Assembly: GCA_041740355.1 (NCBI GenBank)
Contig: JBGSMD010000026.1
Location: 1 to 64,000, forward strand
Length of the DNA stretch: 64,000 nucleotides
Direction of reading: 5' to 3'
DNA from: Bdellovibrionota bacterium
GTDB taxonomy: Bacteria; Bdellovibrionota_C; UBA2361; CALJRW01
The stretch's first letter is position 1. Each line of letters starts with the position of its first letter. Shown piece after piece: positions 62,201 through 64,000 of this stretch. The notes below the pieces were generated by a model. That model was not told where the DNA came from and searched no databases. It saw only the letters and a list, made by a program, of their open reading frames with translations. Both the position numbers and the translations under genes were made by a program.

Positions 62201-62229
62201 TTGTCCCCCTTAGCTTTAGCGAAGATGGA
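62201..62229 (-). repeat. Degenerate REP-like element
   Basis: TTGTCCCCCTTAGCTTTAGCGAAGATGGA shares AGCTTTAGCGAAG with the 20436 copy. Confidence 0.55.
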
Positions 62230-62392
62230 AGCTTTTTTGCTAGCCGTAGGGTAATCATTAATTGATTTTAGTATAACATCACAAAACTCAGGGTTAAGGT
62301 TTGACTGTAGATTCACCTGTGCTAAAAAATAGTTAAATTGGTAATTTTAGCTTGCATTCTCAATCTCTACAGAAACTTTCAAAGTAATACAC

Positions 62393-64000
62393 ATGACTAA
62401 TCAGTCTTCCTATTCTGCTAAAGCTAAAAAATTACAGCGGGAACTAGCGCGCCAAAAAAAACTTTCACAGAGTAAAGTAAAACACAGTCCTTGCCAGTCC
62501 ATAATAAAGACCATTATGCCCTCATTCCAATCGGAGCGCTATTATTCCAAAAAGCTTAAGCTTGATGTGGATCGAGTAATGTTTCTAGATGATAATTTTT
62601 ATCGCCATGCCGATAAAACTCTGCTCGACTCTGGGCTTTCAGCAGAAGAAAATTTTTGGCAGGAAGGAATAAAAGATTGTCGGCGTCCGAATCTATTCTT
62701 TAATCCGTCCTTCTATCTTTATGGAAATCCAGAACTTGGACTCGCGGGAGTTAATCCGATTGATCATTACTTTAATCACGGCTTTGCGGAAGGACGCTTG
62801 GTCCATGAAAGTTTTCATCCCCCCTATTATTTAGAGCAAAAATATCCCAATGAACCAGCTAGTTTAGCAAGATTAATGCTGGATTATTATAGTGGGGAAA
62901 TATTTAATAAGACTCCCGTTCCACACGATGTTAAGCCTATAGATTTTAGAATCAGTAAGCTTTTTCGAACAGCTTTATTAGAGTTTCCATTCAAAAAACT
63001 TCCGAGCACGCTGCAATTTACTGAAGGTAAGAAAGCAAAGGTCTCAATTATTATTCCAGCTTACAATCAAATTCAGTATACCCTGAACTGTTTAAATTCT
63101 TTAGCACTTAATCCTCCGAGTGTAGCTTGGGAAGTTATTGTGATTGACGATTGTTCCAACGATCAAACTGCGACGTTACTGCCACAAATTCCTGGGCTAA
63201 AATATATTCGCAATGAAACAAATTTAGGATTTCTAAAAAGTTGCAATAAAGCAGCCGCAGAAGCTTCTGGTGAATATCTAGTGCTTTTAAACAATGATAC
63301 TTGTCCATTACCAGGGTGGATTGATAGTCTACTAAAAACCTTTCAGCTTTATCCTAATGCTGGACTTGTTGGCGCAAAATTAGTCTATCCTGATGGACGT
63401 TTACAAGAGGCCGGGGGACTAATTTGGCGTGATGGTTCTGGAACTAACTGTGGTCGTTTTGCTTGCCCAGATCATCCAAATTTTAACTTCGTTCGAGAAG
63501 TTGATTATTGTTCTGGTGCTGCAATCATGATCCCTCAAAAAATTTGGGATCAAGTTAAGGGTTTTGATGAACAGTTTGCTCCAGCCTATTACGAAGACAC
63601 GGACTTATCTTTCTCAATTAGAGATGCTGGCTACCAAGTGATCTATCAACCATGTGCCGAGGTGATTCATTTCGAGGGAGTTAGCTCGGGAACTGATACA
63701 AACTTAGGAGTAAAGGCCTACCAAATTATTAACCAAAAGAAATTTAAAATTAAATGGCAAAATGCCTTATTAAATCATTGTGTTCAGATCGATCATAGTA
63801 GACTGTTTTCTAATCATTCCAAACCGGAAATATTAATAATTGATCAACAAACACCAACGCCCGATCAAGATGCTGGTTCTGTTTATTCTTTCAACTTAAT
63901 TAAGATCCTCACTGAATTCTTTCAAGTGACATTTCATTCTTCGCAGGATGTAAATTACCAAAATCAATATACTCAAAATCTAGAAGAGATTGGTGTGCGC
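62393..64000 (+). CDS. GT2(-GT4) glycosyltransferase; partial, runs off the right edge
   Basis: Hand translation from ATG 62393: FNPSFYL..NPE....NPIDHYFNHGFAEGR, VSIIIPAYN, IDDCS, LLNND, LQEAG, DYCSGA, PAYYED, TPDQDAGS. Absent from the ORF track because it has no stop in the window. Confidence 0.92.
   Translation, partial: MTNQSSYSAKAKKLQRELARQKKLSQSKVKHSPCQSIIKTIMPSFQSERYYSKKLKLDVDRVMFLDDNFYRHADKTLLDSGLSAEENFWQEGIKDCRRPNLFFNPSFYLYGNPELGLAGVNPIDHYFNHGFAEGRLVHESFHPPYYLEQKYPNEPASLARLMLDYYSGEIFNKTPVPHDVKPIDFRISKLFRTALLEFPFKKLPSTLQFTEGKKAKVSIIIPAYNQIQYTLNCLNSLALNPPSVAWEVIVIDDCSNDQTATLLPQIPGLKYIRNETNLGFLKSCNKAAAEASGEYLVLLNNDTCPLPGWIDSLLKTFQLYPNAGLVGAKLVYPDGRLQEAGGLIWRDGSGTNCGRFACPDHPNFNFVREVDYCSGAAIMIPQKIWDQVKGFDEQFAPAYYEDTDLSFSIRDAGYQVIYQPCAEVIHFEGVSSGTDTNLGVKAYQIINQKKFKIKWQNALLNHCVQIDHSRLFSNHSKPEILIIDQQTPTPDQDAGSVYSFNLIKILTEFFQVTFHSSQDVNYQNQYTQNLEEIGVR

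Overview
AT-rich bacterial chromosome segment. The order parA-parB-bactofilin-...-atpF'FHAGDC, with no atpB/atpE, resembles delta-type lineages such as Bdellovibrionota (inference). Contents from left to right: a >1,530-aa repeat protein running off the left edge (absent from the ORF track); an MFS-acyltransferase-Aas fusion; prfB with its +1 frameshift; parAB with parS sites; a GuaB/GuaC-like enzyme; a partial ATP synthase operon; a small accessory island (frameshifted VOC gene, BrnT-type toxin-antitoxin pair, ORF6N gene, TSP3 protein, HUH/Y1 RAYT-like transposase); a long PurA; and a ~28 kb surface-glycan locus (GT2, GT4, GT-C, wzm/wzt) around a 993-aa secreted repeat protein. No rRNA, tRNA or CRISPR array was seen. 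The most notable signals are non-coding. (1) An ORF6N gene whose conserved LxSQxxxS segment is encoded by a perfect 25-bp palindrome is flanked by four variant, covarying copies of that palindrome. (2) Two REP-like elements sit at the same base of two parS sites, and each carries a copy of its own empty target site in its loop. (3) A family of long covarying intergenic hairpins shares a GCAG-stem-CGAG core. All alignments were done by eye.
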